Shown piece after piece: positions 36,216 to 44,798 of a stretch of DNA of 64,000 nucleotides. Origin of the DNA: Candidatus Caldarchaeum sp. (GTDB taxonomy: Archaea > Thermoproteota > Nitrososphaeria_A > Caldarchaeales > Caldarchaeaceae); NCBI GenBank assembly GCA_033580815.1, contig JAVQUC010000002.1:91150-155149 (forward strand). The letters are read 5' to 3'. The translations under genes were made by a program, and so were the position numbers. The notes under the pieces were generated by a model, which saw only the letters and a list, made by a program, of their open reading frames with translations, was not told the origin of the DNA and did no database searches. The first letter of the stretch is position 1, and each line of letters begins with the position of its first letter.

Positions 36216-36989
36216 GTGGATTTTTCCGAAGCGGTTTTGCTTGGTCTCCTGCAGGGTTTTGCTGAATGGCTTCCCGTTAGCAGCGAAGGCCTGATATCCT
36301 TGGTTTCCAAACTTTTTTTCGGACGTGGTCTCGAGACGGCGTTGGCTTCCGCCATATGGCTGCACGTCGGAACCCTGTTCTCGGCTCTGGTTTATATGAG
36401 GAGGGAGGTTTGGTTAGTCGCGCGAGGGTTCGTCGAAAAGGGAAGGGGTCGGAGGTTGCTGATTTTCTTGTTAATTGCTACGGCTGGTTCGGCGGCGACG
36501 GCCTTGCCCGTGTTCATGGCTTTTAGGCAGGTCTTGGTTTCAGATTGGTTGTTCACTGTCTTGGTCGGGTTGTTCCTGATTTTGACCGGGTTGATGCCTC
36601 GAAAGCCGCTGTTTTCCGGCGTTGATGAAAACATCAAGACCGGCATCGTGGTAGGTTTGATCCAAGGTTTTTCAATCATCCCAGGGGTCAGCAGGTCCGG
36701 CATTACGATATCTGCTCTGCTGCTTCTCGGGGCGCCGCCTCACGAGGCTTTCCGCCTCAGCTATTTGATGAGCATTCCAGTCGTTGCGGGCGCACAGGTT
36801 TTGCTACCGCTGTTGCTCGAAGTAAGCACACTCACTGGCGAGATGTTGGTCGGGGCCGCCGCTTCCTTCGTCGCTGGATTGCTGACAATGAAGTTGCTTC
36901 TGACTGCGAGCGCGAAGCTCAATCCAAGACTGTTGATGATACCGATGGGATGCTTGATTTTCTCGCTCGGCCTTTGGATGGCTGTCTAG
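36216..36989 (+). CDS. uppP: Undecaprenyl/polyprenyl-diphosphatase
   Basis: LGLLQGFAEWLPVSSEG and PGVSRSGITI motifs. 257 aa polytopic protein. Confidence 0.88.
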   Translation: MDFSEAVLLGLLQGFAEWLPVSSEGLISLVSKLFFGRGLETALASAIWLHVGTLFSALVYMRREVWLVARGFVEKGRGRRLLIFLLIATAGSAATALPVFMAFRQVLVSDWLFTVLVGLFLILTGLMPRKPLFSGVDENIKTGIVVGLIQGFSIIPGVSRSGITISALLLLGAPPHEAFRLSYLMSIPVVAGAQVLLPLLLEVSTLTGEMLVGAAASFVAGLLTMKLLLTASAKLNPRLLMIPMGCLIFSLGLWMAV

Positions 36990-37600
36990 TATGGTTTTCT
37001 GAGCAGGTAGAGGCCTCCGGTTTTTCGGCGGCGAGCATATTCATTCACCATCCGGTATACAGCGCCGTGCGGAGCACCCTTCACCAACGTTATCACAGCC
37101 TCCTCAGCCGCCCGCACGTCCTCATATTCTCCGATGATTGAGACTGTGTCCCCGTAGACGGAGACGTCGACATGGCATGCTTCTTCAATGATTTTCCTGG
37201 TTTTTCCCTGGGTTCCTATGATGCGGGCTTTCACCCTGGTCAAATGACTGACGTTGTTTCCCACGTAATCCGTGAGGTCGACGACAGATAAGCTGTATCC
37301 GTCCCGGGCGAGCTTCAGGGCTTTTTCCGGCGCAAAACCACGGCCCACGGCCGTGACTATGTCTCGTGCTTTGAAGAGGGCAGTTGGGTCGCCTCCTTCA
37401 GAAACAGGTTTCGCGAGGTTGATTACAACGGTGCCTTCGCGGCTGTCGATGTCCAGCACCACCCCCAGTGACCTCTCGATCTCCGACTTGACGGAACCGC
37501 CTTCACCAATCAAAACACCGATCCGTTCTCTTGGAATGTTAACCACGAACGACGACTGCGTTATACGAGAAAAAGACGGCCCTTTAGCCATATTCTTCAC
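36986..37600 (-). CDS. KH-domain RNA-binding protein (Dim2/Pno1-like)
   Basis: Two KH modules (IGVLIGEGGSVK, RIIGTQGKTRK). It overlaps the rio1 stop by 4 nt, the conserved archaeal Rio-KH pairing. Confidence 0.82.
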   Translation of the reverse strand: MKNMAKGPSFSRITQSSFVVNIPRERIGVLIGEGGSVKSEIERSLGVVLDIDSREGTVVINLAKPVSEGGDPTALFKARDIVTAVGRGFAPEKALKLARDGYSLSVVDLTDYVGNNVSHLTRVKARIIGTQGKTRKIIEEACHVDVSVYGDTVSIIGEYEDVRAAEEAVITLVKGAPHGAVYRMVNEYARRRKTGGLYLLRKPY

Positions 37601-38400
37601 CTCGTGGTCATTACTCGTTTGAGCATCGATTCGCTGTCTGAAAATACTCCATGTCTGTTAAAAAAGTTGCACAAGGCCTGAACTCCCTTGACGAGAAGGC
37701 TTTCCGCTAGTGGATGTGTGCGTTTGACCGCTTGCGCGAAATCAATCAAATAGACTTTTAAGTCTCTGGCTACGATGACGTTGTATTCGCTCAAGTCGCC
37801 GTGCACCATTTCAGCCCTTGAGTATAGGGTTTGGATGTTGTCGAAGAGTTGATCTCGGATGTTTTCGAGTTCGTCATGCTCGAAGTCTTCCTCGACAAGC
37901 AGAGGAAATCTTCTACCGTTGTCACCGAGAAACTGCATCACTAGGACGTTTTCTCTTTGAACGAACGGCTTCGGAACAGATACGCCGCCGTCAAATGCTT
38001 CGACGAGGTTGGCGTACTCCCTCTTCGCCCAAAGATAGATGAATTTTCTGAAGTCTTGTGGGATCGTTTTGAACCGCGGGTCTTCGACGACATACTGGAG
38101 ACGATGACGTCTGAACTCCGCTGATGTGACGAGATAGATTTTGACTGCTGCCTCGGCCCCTTCCCCCGTTACGCCGTGATAGACCCTCGACTCCTTGCCG
38201 GCGCTGACAACACCCATCACTTCCCGAAGTTTGCCGGTGTTCAGGAGATCGTACAGGTTGAGAAGAGTCCTCTGGTCGAATACTTCCTCGAGCGATTCAT
38301 CCAGCTCCGACCGCTTCTCCAGATACCTCTGCTTTTTCTCCTTCTCAAACTCTTTCTGTCGCAGACGTTTCTCGAGCTTTTCCACGCCACCCCTCAACAA
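37597..38400 (-). CDS. rio1: RIO-type serine protein kinase (Rio1)
   Basis: GKESRVY nucleotide loop, AVKIY, and catalytic region HGDLSEYNV...IDFAQA. Confidence 0.9.
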   Translation of the reverse strand: MLRGGVEKLEKRLRQKEFEKEKKQRYLEKRSELDESLEEVFDQRTLLNLYDLLNTGKLREVMGVVSAGKESRVYHGVTGEGAEAAVKIYLVTSAEFRRHRLQYVVEDPRFKTIPQDFRKFIYLWAKREYANLVEAFDGGVSVPKPFVQRENVLVMQFLGDNGRRFPLLVEEDFEHDELENIRDQLFDNIQTLYSRAEMVHGDLSEYNVIVARDLKVYLIDFAQAVKRTHPLAESLLVKGVQALCNFFNRHGVFSDSESMLKRVMTTR

Positions 38401-38419
38401 CTCACCTATTGTGAAAAGG

Positions 38420-38543
38420 TCCCGCGGGCAGGATTTGAACCTGCGACCACCCGGTATCCATGTAGCCTGGCGGGCTGAGCAAACGGCACAGCCTTGGGCT
38501 GACCGCTACAGCCGGGCGCTCTACCAGGCTGAGCTACCGCGGG
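38420..38543 (-). tRNA. tRNA-Tyr (GTA) with a 50-nt intron at the canonical 37/38 position
   Basis: Exons give CCCGCGG-TA-GCTCAGCCTGGTAGAGC-G-CCCGG-CTGTAG/A-CCGGG-TGGTC-GCAGGTTCAAATCCTGC-CCGCGGG-A. The C1:G72 pair is the archaeal Tyr identity pair. Confidence 0.88.
38456..38505 (-). other. tRNA-Tyr intron
   Basis: Intron sequence CGGTCAGCCCAAGGCTGTGCCGTTTGCTCAGCCCGCCAGGCTACATGGAT. The internal CUACA can pair with the exon UGUAG (anticodon region), as expected for a bulge-helix-bulge substrate. Boundaries are accurate to within 1-2 nt. Confidence 0.7.
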
Positions 38544-38556
38544 CCTTCTTCGATAT

Positions 38557-39096
38557 TCAAGCCTTTTTGATGTTTTTTAGTTTTTCGAAGGCTCGAAGCC
38601 TCATGCGCAGCACATATGCGTTCAATGCAAGCAATGCGACGGCGGCGGCTGTGAGGTAGGGGCTTAAGGCGGTGATAAGACCGACGCCGAATAAGGCTAA
38701 TGACGCGGGCCATCCGCAGCAGACGTAGCCGAAGCTGATGACGCTGGCGAGAAGGCCGCCGACGCCGCTCCAAGCGGACCCGACCAGACATGCACGCAAC
38801 AATCGTTTCCGGGAAAGGGTGAAAAGAATTCCGGCGTTGTATCCGACAAGTAACGAAATCAAGACGCCGAGCAACGCAGGATAAACTCTTATGTTAAGAA
38901 CGAAGCCTTCGCCAACCACTTGTAGAAGAGGACCTGTGTAGAGCTGTGTTTCGATGAACGAGAAGATAACCGATATCGACTCGATCCCGATCCGTGGTGT
39001 CTGGAAAAGCTGGGCGGCAGCCGTGAAAAAGAGGTAGAAAAGATAGTAGGCGATGGTCGAAGCAGCGGCTGCGACCGCTAACGTCTTATCGGTCAT
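38557..39096 (-). CDS. Small polytopic membrane protein with vicinal Cys pair (unknown family)
   Basis: About 179 aa with 5 predicted TM helices, and a YVCCGWP motif inside a TM segment. ATG 39096-39094 overlaps the TGA of the Sco1 gene (ATGA). The ORF track start 39111 lies 5 codons upstream. Confidence 0.6.
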   Translation of the reverse strand: MTDKTLAVAAAASTIAYYLFYLFFTAAAQLFQTPRIGIESISVIFSFIETQLYTGPLLQVVGEGFVLNIRVYPALLGVLISLLVGYNAGILFTLSRKRLLRACLVGSAWSGVGGLLASVISFGYVCCGWPASLALFGVGLITALSPYLTAAAVALLALNAYVLRMRLRAFEKLKNIKKA

Positions 39097-39701
39097 TTGC
39101 TCAGAAGCCACTCAACGGTTTTTCGATAGTCTTCGACATCTGTGTCAGGTGTCAACGCCGCCCGCAACACATGGTTCTTGTCAGCTCCCAACACCAAGGC
39201 ATAATGGTCCACTATATAATTTCCCTTCTCGTCGGGAGGATGTTTTTTGGCGTAAACGTTGTAAAGGGCCATTACTTTTTCGATTTCTTCGGGAGTTCCG
39301 GTTAAGGCGATGATCTTAGGCGAGTAGTATGAAACATAGCGTCTCATCGCTTCAACTGTGTCTCTTTCCGGGTCAACTGTGATAAATATTACGGCAAACC
39401 TATCCGCCTTATCACCCAAATCCTTTAATGTCTTACCAAATTTGCTCAGAACCAATGGACATACGTCTGGACAGTTTGTGTAGCCGAAATAGAGAAGTAC
39501 TGCTTTGCCCCGAACGCTTGAAAGGCTGAAGGGTCTCCCGTTCTGGTCAGTTAGAGTGAAATCGGGAAGAACTTTTTCACCAGGAATGGTGATCGGAGGA
39601 TCGTAGCCGGAGAGCATTTCACGGCTTAAGACCGCCGCCATCGCTCCAGCCGCGACTCCCAAGACCGCAACCGCCACAAAAAGCAAAACCTTAGGCCTCA
39701 T
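39093..39701 (-). CDS. SCO1/SenC-family thioredoxin-fold copper chaperone / thiol-disulfide protein
   Basis: N-terminal TM anchor, FGYTNCPDVCP (CxxxC) and a downstream DHYALV histidine. ATG 39701 lies about 30 nt downstream of the GATATAAAG box; the ORF track starts 15 codons upstream at 39746. Confidence 0.82.
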   Translation of the reverse strand: MRPKVLLFVAVAVLGVAAGAMAAVLSREMLSGYDPPITIPGEKVLPDFTLTDQNGRPFSLSSVRGKAVLLYFGYTNCPDVCPLVLSKFGKTLKDLGDKADRFAVIFITVDPERDTVEAMRRYVSYYSPKIIALTGTPEEIEKVMALYNVYAKKHPPDEKGNYIVDHYALVLGADKNHVLRAALTPDTDVEDYRKTVEWLLSK

Positions 39702-39778
39702 AACATCATACTGAGTGGCCCATGTCGATATAAAGATTGGCAACATAAACAGAAAATATTAGTCCACCCACGTCAAAG

Positions 39779-42334
39779 GTGGAATTGCGGAAACTGCCGC
39801 TAAAAGTAGTCAAAAGAGATGGCCGAGTCGTCGATTTCGACGACAACCGAATACGCGAGGCCATCCGCAAAGCCATGACATCTCGTAGAATCTATGATAA
39901 CACAGTCCTCGAGTCGGTGTTGAACTCCGTGTTGGAAAGGCTTGCTGAAAAATACGGAGCCGAAAGGATTCCGCATGTCGAGGAAATACAGGACATCGTT
40001 GAATCGGCTTTGATGGACCATGGGTTGAAGGAAGTAGCCAAGGCCTACATCCTATACCGTCACGAAAGAAGTCGAGTCCGAGAAGAGAAGAAGAAAATCC
40101 TCGAAGCCTCCTACGTTGATGAGGTGGACAAAAAATTCTCAGTTAACGCAGTTCGGCTAATGGCTGCTCGATACCTACTCAAGGACAAAAACGGTAGAAT
40201 TATCGAAAAGCCCAAGCAAATGTTTCAGAGAACAGCCTCTTTGATTGTTTTAGCCGACATCATCTATGACCCAGCGTTCTTCGAAATTTCAGGTGGGCAG
40301 AAAAAACATGAGGAGGATGTGGATCTCTCTGATTATGTCGATAAGGTCGGTGTCGGGCCTTCGAAAGATGAAATAGAGACGCGGTGGAACATCCACCATC
40401 TTGAGAGGCTTGCCGCTCTCTACAGGCGGCTCAACGAGAGAGGACACATGAAAAAATCGCTCAGAGAAATTCTAGAGTTTCTACGGGAAAATCCACACGC
40501 CTTCTACAGCCAATACAGGCGGTACTATGATTTGATGGTTGAGAAAAAATTTCTGCCGAACAGCCCGACGCTCTTCAACGCTGGCACGGTTCTAGGCCAG
40601 TTGAGTGCCTGCTTTGTCTTAGACGTTGAAGACGACATAACCTCGATTATGCGGACTGCTGAAGAGGCTGCGATCATTTTCAAGACCGGAGGGGGAGTCG
40701 GAATCAACTACTCCAAGCTCCGGCCGGAGGGAGATGTTGTGGCCTCGACCGGCGGCGTGGCATCGGGTCCGGTTTCGTTCATGCGGATAATAGATGTTGT
40801 TACCGACGTCGTCAAACAGGGAGGTAGGAGACGTGGAGCTAACATTGGAGTTCTCGAAATAAGCCACCCGGACGTGGAGAAATTCATCGCGGCAAAACAG
40901 ACCCCTGGATTCTTGGAGAACTTCAACATCTCCGTGTTAGTCAAGGAAGATTTTTGGACACATTATGAGGAAAACAAGCCTTATCCGCTCGTCAACCCAA
41001 GAGACCGTTCCGTATGGAAACTCGTCGAGCCCCGGACCCTTTTACGCCTAATAGCCGAGAACGCGTGGAAAACAGCAGACCCGGGCCTCCTCTTCCACGA
41101 CAACATCAACAAGCTCAACCCGTTACGCGAAATCTACGGCGAAATCAACTGCGTAAACCCGTGTGGCGAACAACCGCTATACCCCTACGAATCATGCAAC
41201 CTCGGCTCAATCAACCTGCATGCACTCGTCAAAGACGGCTCGATAGACTGGAAAGAGTTAGGCGAGGTGGTTGAAACAGCGGTGATGTTCCTCGACAACG
41301 TCGTAGACTTGACTAAACATCCCACCGATGCAATCGAAAAGATGACTTTGAAGACGAGGCGGATCGGTCTGGGTATCATGGGGCTTGCCGACATGCTGTA
41401 TGAGCTCGGCATACCCTACAACAGCGAAGAAGGGTTCGAAACCATGTCAAAAGTGATGGAGTACATCGCCTACAAAGCGGTCGAGACATCAGTCAAAATC
41501 GCTGAAAGGAGAGGCCCTTTCCCGGACTTCCAACGCTCGCTATGGGCCAGAGGGATCATCCCCTTCCAAGCACTCAACGAGGAAAATGATTACACGATGG
41601 ATTGGAGAAAACTGAAGCAGGAGGTCATGAAAGGCATCCGCAACAGCCATCTGCTGACGGTCGCACCTACCGGAAGCATATCGATGTTAGCCGACGTGTC
41701 CTCCGGGCTCGAACCTCAGTTCGCCCTCGTCTATCGCAAACAGGTTACGGCCGGAGTGTTTTACTATGTTGACAAGGTCTTCGAAAAATACCTCGAGTAT
41801 TCAGGACTGCCGAAGGACGTCATTTTGAGAAAAGTGGCCGACAACGGAGGGTCGGTTCAAGAAGTTGAAGAAATCCCAATTGATAAGAGACGGGTTTTCG
41901 TGACCGCTCTCGACATCCCTTGGTGGGACCACTTGAGGGCGCAGCACGAAATTCAGAAATGGGTAGACGCGTCCGTCAGCAAAACCATCAACATGCCTTC
42001 TTGGGTGACTGTGGAAGATGTCCTAAACGCCTTCATCGTGGCTTACAAACTTGGGCTCAAGGGAGTGACAGTTTACAGGGACGGCTCAAAGACCGCGCAG
42101 GTTCTTTCGACACCAACCCACAAGATGGGGAGATATGTTGCCGAACCCAACAACAAAACCGTCGAAATGCTTCGAAAGCTGGGAATCTATATCCAGTATG
42201 TCCCGGTCAAGGCCATCCCGCCTGCTGCGACTAGTTACACAGTTTGCCCCGTCTGCGAAAGTAAAGACGTGGTTTTCCAGGAGGGCTGTCAAAAATGTCT
42301 TGACTGTGGATGGTCTAGCTGCGTTACTGCGTAA
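39779..42334 (+). CDS. nrdJ: Ribonucleoside-triphosphate/diphosphate reductase, class II (adenosylcobalamin-dependent) with ATP-cone
   Basis: ATP-cone VVKRDGRVVDFDDNRIREAI, active-site region NPCGEQPLYPYESCNLGSINL, and a C-terminal Cys-rich tail CPVCES...CQKCLDCGWSSC. No intein. Confidence 0.9.
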   Translation: MELRKLPLKVVKRDGRVVDFDDNRIREAIRKAMTSRRIYDNTVLESVLNSVLERLAEKYGAERIPHVEEIQDIVESALMDHGLKEVAKAYILYRHERSRVREEKKKILEASYVDEVDKKFSVNAVRLMAARYLLKDKNGRIIEKPKQMFQRTASLIVLADIIYDPAFFEISGGQKKHEEDVDLSDYVDKVGVGPSKDEIETRWNIHHLERLAALYRRLNERGHMKKSLREILEFLRENPHAFYSQYRRYYDLMVEKKFLPNSPTLFNAGTVLGQLSACFVLDVEDDITSIMRTAEEAAIIFKTGGGVGINYSKLRPEGDVVASTGGVASGPVSFMRIIDVVTDVVKQGGRRRGANIGVLEISHPDVEKFIAAKQTPGFLENFNISVLVKEDFWTHYEENKPYPLVNPRDRSVWKLVEPRTLLRLIAENAWKTADPGLLFHDNINKLNPLREIYGEINCVNPCGEQPLYPYESCNLGSINLHALVKDGSIDWKELGEVVETAVMFLDNVVDLTKHPTDAIEKMTLKTRRIGLGIMGLADMLYELGIPYNSEEGFETMSKVMEYIAYKAVETSVKIAERRGPFPDFQRSLWARGIIPFQALNEENDYTMDWRKLKQEVMKGIRNSHLLTVAPTGSISMLADVSSGLEPQFALVYRKQVTAGVFYYVDKVFEKYLEYSGLPKDVILRKVADNGGSVQEVEEIPIDKRRVFVTALDIPWWDHLRAQHEIQKWVDASVSKTINMPSWVTVEDVLNAFIVAYKLGLKGVTVYRDGSKTAQVLSTPTHKMGRYVAEPNNKTVEMLRKLGIYIQYVPVKAIPPAATSYTVCPVCESKDVVFQEGCQKCLDCGWSSCVTA

Positions 42335-42365
42335 AGCCTAAAAACAGCATAAAAATGAAGTAGGC

Positions 42366-42806
42366 ATGTCTGAGGTAGTTAGCAGGGCTAAGGCTGTTTG
42401 GGAAGGAGACTTGTTCCACGGAAAAGGACAGGTGAGCTTCGATAGCGGAGCATTACCGACCCGCGAAGTGACTTGGGCTGCTCGCTTATCTAAAATAGCT
42501 GGAATGACAAGCCCCGAAGAACTGCTCGCCGCGGCCCACGCCAGCTGCTTCGCAATGGCTCTTTCAAACATTCTCGCAAAGGAGGGAAAGCCGGCGAAGA
42601 AGTTGGAGGTGACGGCTGACGCAGTTTTTGCGAAGACCGACGACGGATTCCGCATCACTGAAGTCAGGATAAATGTTCTGGGCGACGTTCCAGGAATGAC
42701 GGTAGATGGTTTCCAGAAGGCCGCTTCAACGGCGGGAGACGGCTGCCCCGTATCAAAGGCTTTGAAGGGAAACGTGAAAATCACCGTGGCCGCCAAACTT
42801 GTTTAG
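42366..42806 (+). CDS. osmC: OsmC/Ohr-family peroxiredoxin
   Basis: 146 aa with the two conserved Cys contexts AAHASCFAMAL and GDGCPVSKAL. Confidence 0.85.
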   Translation: MSEVVSRAKAVWEGDLFHGKGQVSFDSGALPTREVTWAARLSKIAGMTSPEELLAAAHASCFAMALSNILAKEGKPAKKLEVTADAVFAKTDDGFRITEVRINVLGDVPGMTVDGFQKAASTAGDGCPVSKALKGNVKITVAAKLV

Positions 42807-43359
42807 CGCCGTTAGGGCATTACCTATAACTCTTTTAATAGTGATGCTGACTTTTATAGTCTGGAACCTATCAACCGATGTTCGCGACCAACAGAACACC
42901 AGCAGTCTCCTCACTCAAGGGTTGGAAGATAATCAAGTTACCGCTAGTGTTACATCTGCGACGACCAGTGAAACCGTTGTGCTACCTTACGTAAGGATAA
43001 AAAACTCGACCTTCGTCGTGGAGATAGCCAAAACCGATGTGGAAAGGGGTAGGGGGCTTTCGGGGAGGAGTTCCCTTCCCGAGAACGCCGGCATGTTGTT
43101 TGTGTTCGACTCCCCTGGTCTCTACGGATTCTGGATGTACGGGATGACTTTTTCGATTGACATCATCTGGATAAGCGAAGAAGGCAAGATCGTACACATC
43201 GTTGAAAAAGCTCCTCCCTGCCAACCAGATGCAACGTGCGAAGTTTTCCGTCCAAGGGAAGAGGCAAAATACGTTTTGGAAGTAAACGCAGGTGTGTGTG
43301 AGAAACTTGGTTTAAAAGTGGGGGATTTGGTCGAGTTTTGGCCCGGTTTAGCCGACTGA
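42799..43359 (+). CDS. DUF192-family protein with N-terminal membrane anchor
   Basis: [19 protein letters not shown]...[15 protein letters not shown] matches the DUF192 (COG1430) core. It overlaps the osmC stop by 8 nt. Confidence 0.75.
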   Translation: MFSAVRALPITLLIVMLTFIVWNLSTDVRDQQNTSSLLTQGLEDNQVTASVTSATTSETVVLPYVRIKNSTFVVEIAKTDVERGRGLSGRSSLPENAGMLFVFDSPGLYGFWMYGMTFSIDIIWISEEGKIVHIVEKAPPCQPDATCEVFRPREEAKYVLEVNAGVCEKLGLKVGDLVEFWPGLAD

Positions 43360-44748
43360 GCCGGACATCTCGAGCTCGATGAGCCTATTGAACTCGACGG
43401 CATATTCCATGGGTAGCGTTTTCGTGAATGGTTCTAAGAACCCGAGGACGATCATGTTAAGCGCCTCCTGCTCGGTAAGGCCTCTGCTCATCAAGTAGAA
43501 GAGCTGTTCCTCCCCGATTTTGCCGACAGTGGCCTCGTGTGTGGCGGTTGTGTCCTCTTCGTTGATTTCGTTGTATGGATAGGTGTCGGTTCTGGATATG
43601 TCGTCGAGTATCAGGGCGTCGCATCTTACGCTCGATTTGACGCGTTTAGCTCCTTTCGCCACGTGCAGCAACCCACGGTACGACGTTCTTCCCCCGCTTT
43701 TGCAGACCGATTTCGACGTGATGCGTGAGGTCGTGTCTGGGGCCAGATGAACCGCCTTAGCCCCCGTATCCTGATGCTGTCCCCTACCAGCGAAGGCCAC
43801 GGACAAGATGTCGGCTTTCGCTCCTCTACCTAGGAGGTAAACGCTTGGATATTTCATCGTGACTTTGCTTCCTATGTTCGCGTCAACCCATTCGACCGTA
43901 GCTTCTTCGTAGGCATGGGCCCTTTTTGTGACCAAGTTGTAGACGTCGCTGCTCCAGTTCTGCAAGGTCGTGTACCGGACGTATGCTCCTTTTTTGGCGA
44001 CAATTTCGACCACGGCGGTGTGAAGTGATGAGGTCGAGTAGATTGGGGCTGTGCAGCCTTCGATGTAGTGGACCCGGCTGTAGGGCTCGGCGATGATCAA
44101 CGTTCTTTCGAACTGGCCGACGTTTGCTGCGTTTATTCTGAAGTAGGCCTGCAGCGGGTACTGAATTTCAACTCCTTCCGGAACGTAGATAAAGCTTCCG
44201 CCGCTGAAGACCGCGCTATTCAACGCCGCGAACTTGTTATCCTCCGGTGGGACCACTTTGCCGAAATAGGGCCTAAATATATCTGGATATTCTCTGAAGG
44301 CGGTGTCTGGGTCGACGAAGATTACACCCTTTTTCTCAAGCTCCTTCTGGAGGTTGTGGTAGACAACTTCGCTTTCGTACTGTGCTCCCACCCCAGCGAG
44401 GAATTTTCGCTCCGCCTCCGGTATTCCGAGGCGTTCGAAAGCTTTTTTGATGTATTCGGGAACTTCGTCCCAGCTTCGTGCTTTCCGGTCGCTCGGCTTG
44501 ATGTAGTAGTGGATGCGGTCGAAGTCGACGCCAGAGAGGTCTGCACCCCAAATCGGCATGGGTTTCCGGTAGAAAATTTCGAGGCTTTTGAGCCTAAACT
44601 TACGAAGCCATTCCGGCTCGTTTTTCTGTCTTGAAATCTCTTCAACGACCTCGGTTGAAAGGCCAGGTCTAGATTTGTAAACGTAGATTTCCGGGTCTTT
44701 GAAGTCGTATTTGCTGTAGTCTATTTCGAGGGTTACTTTTTCTCCCAT
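43348..44748 (-). CDS. sufB: Fe-S cluster assembly scaffold SufB
   Basis: 466 aa with the typical C-terminal beta-helix region [13 protein letters not shown]...[14 protein letters not shown]...RCDALILD and ending [11 protein letters not shown]. Confidence 0.92.
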   Translation of the reverse strand: MGEKVTLEIDYSKYDFKDPEIYVYKSRPGLSTEVVEEISRQKNEPEWLRKFRLKSLEIFYRKPMPIWGADLSGVDFDRIHYYIKPSDRKARSWDEVPEYIKKAFERLGIPEAERKFLAGVGAQYESEVVYHNLQKELEKKGVIFVDPDTAFREYPDIFRPYFGKVVPPEDNKFAALNSAVFSGGSFIYVPEGVEIQYPLQAYFRINAANVGQFERTLIIAEPYSRVHYIEGCTAPIYSTSSLHTAVVEIVAKKGAYVRYTTLQNWSSDVYNLVTKRAHAYEEATVEWVDANIGSKVTMKYPSVYLLGRGAKADILSVAFAGRGQHQDTGAKAVHLAPDTTSRITSKSVCKSGGRTSYRGLLHVAKGAKRVKSSVRCDALILDDISRTDTYPYNEINEEDTTATHEATVGKIGEEQLFYLMSRGLTEQEALNMIVLGFLEPFTKTLPMEYAVEFNRLIELEMSGSVG

Positions 44749-44798
44749 TTTCGATATAACGCCGTTATACTAGGATAAATACATTTTACAACAACACA

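Noticed and set aside
39779-42334. Possible intein or split in the class II ribonucleotide reductase
   Set aside because: The 851-aa ORF is continuous with the catalytic motif NPCGEQ...CNLGSINL in a normal context. There is no Cys/Ser-His-Asn splice-junction block or homing-endonuclease-sized insertion.
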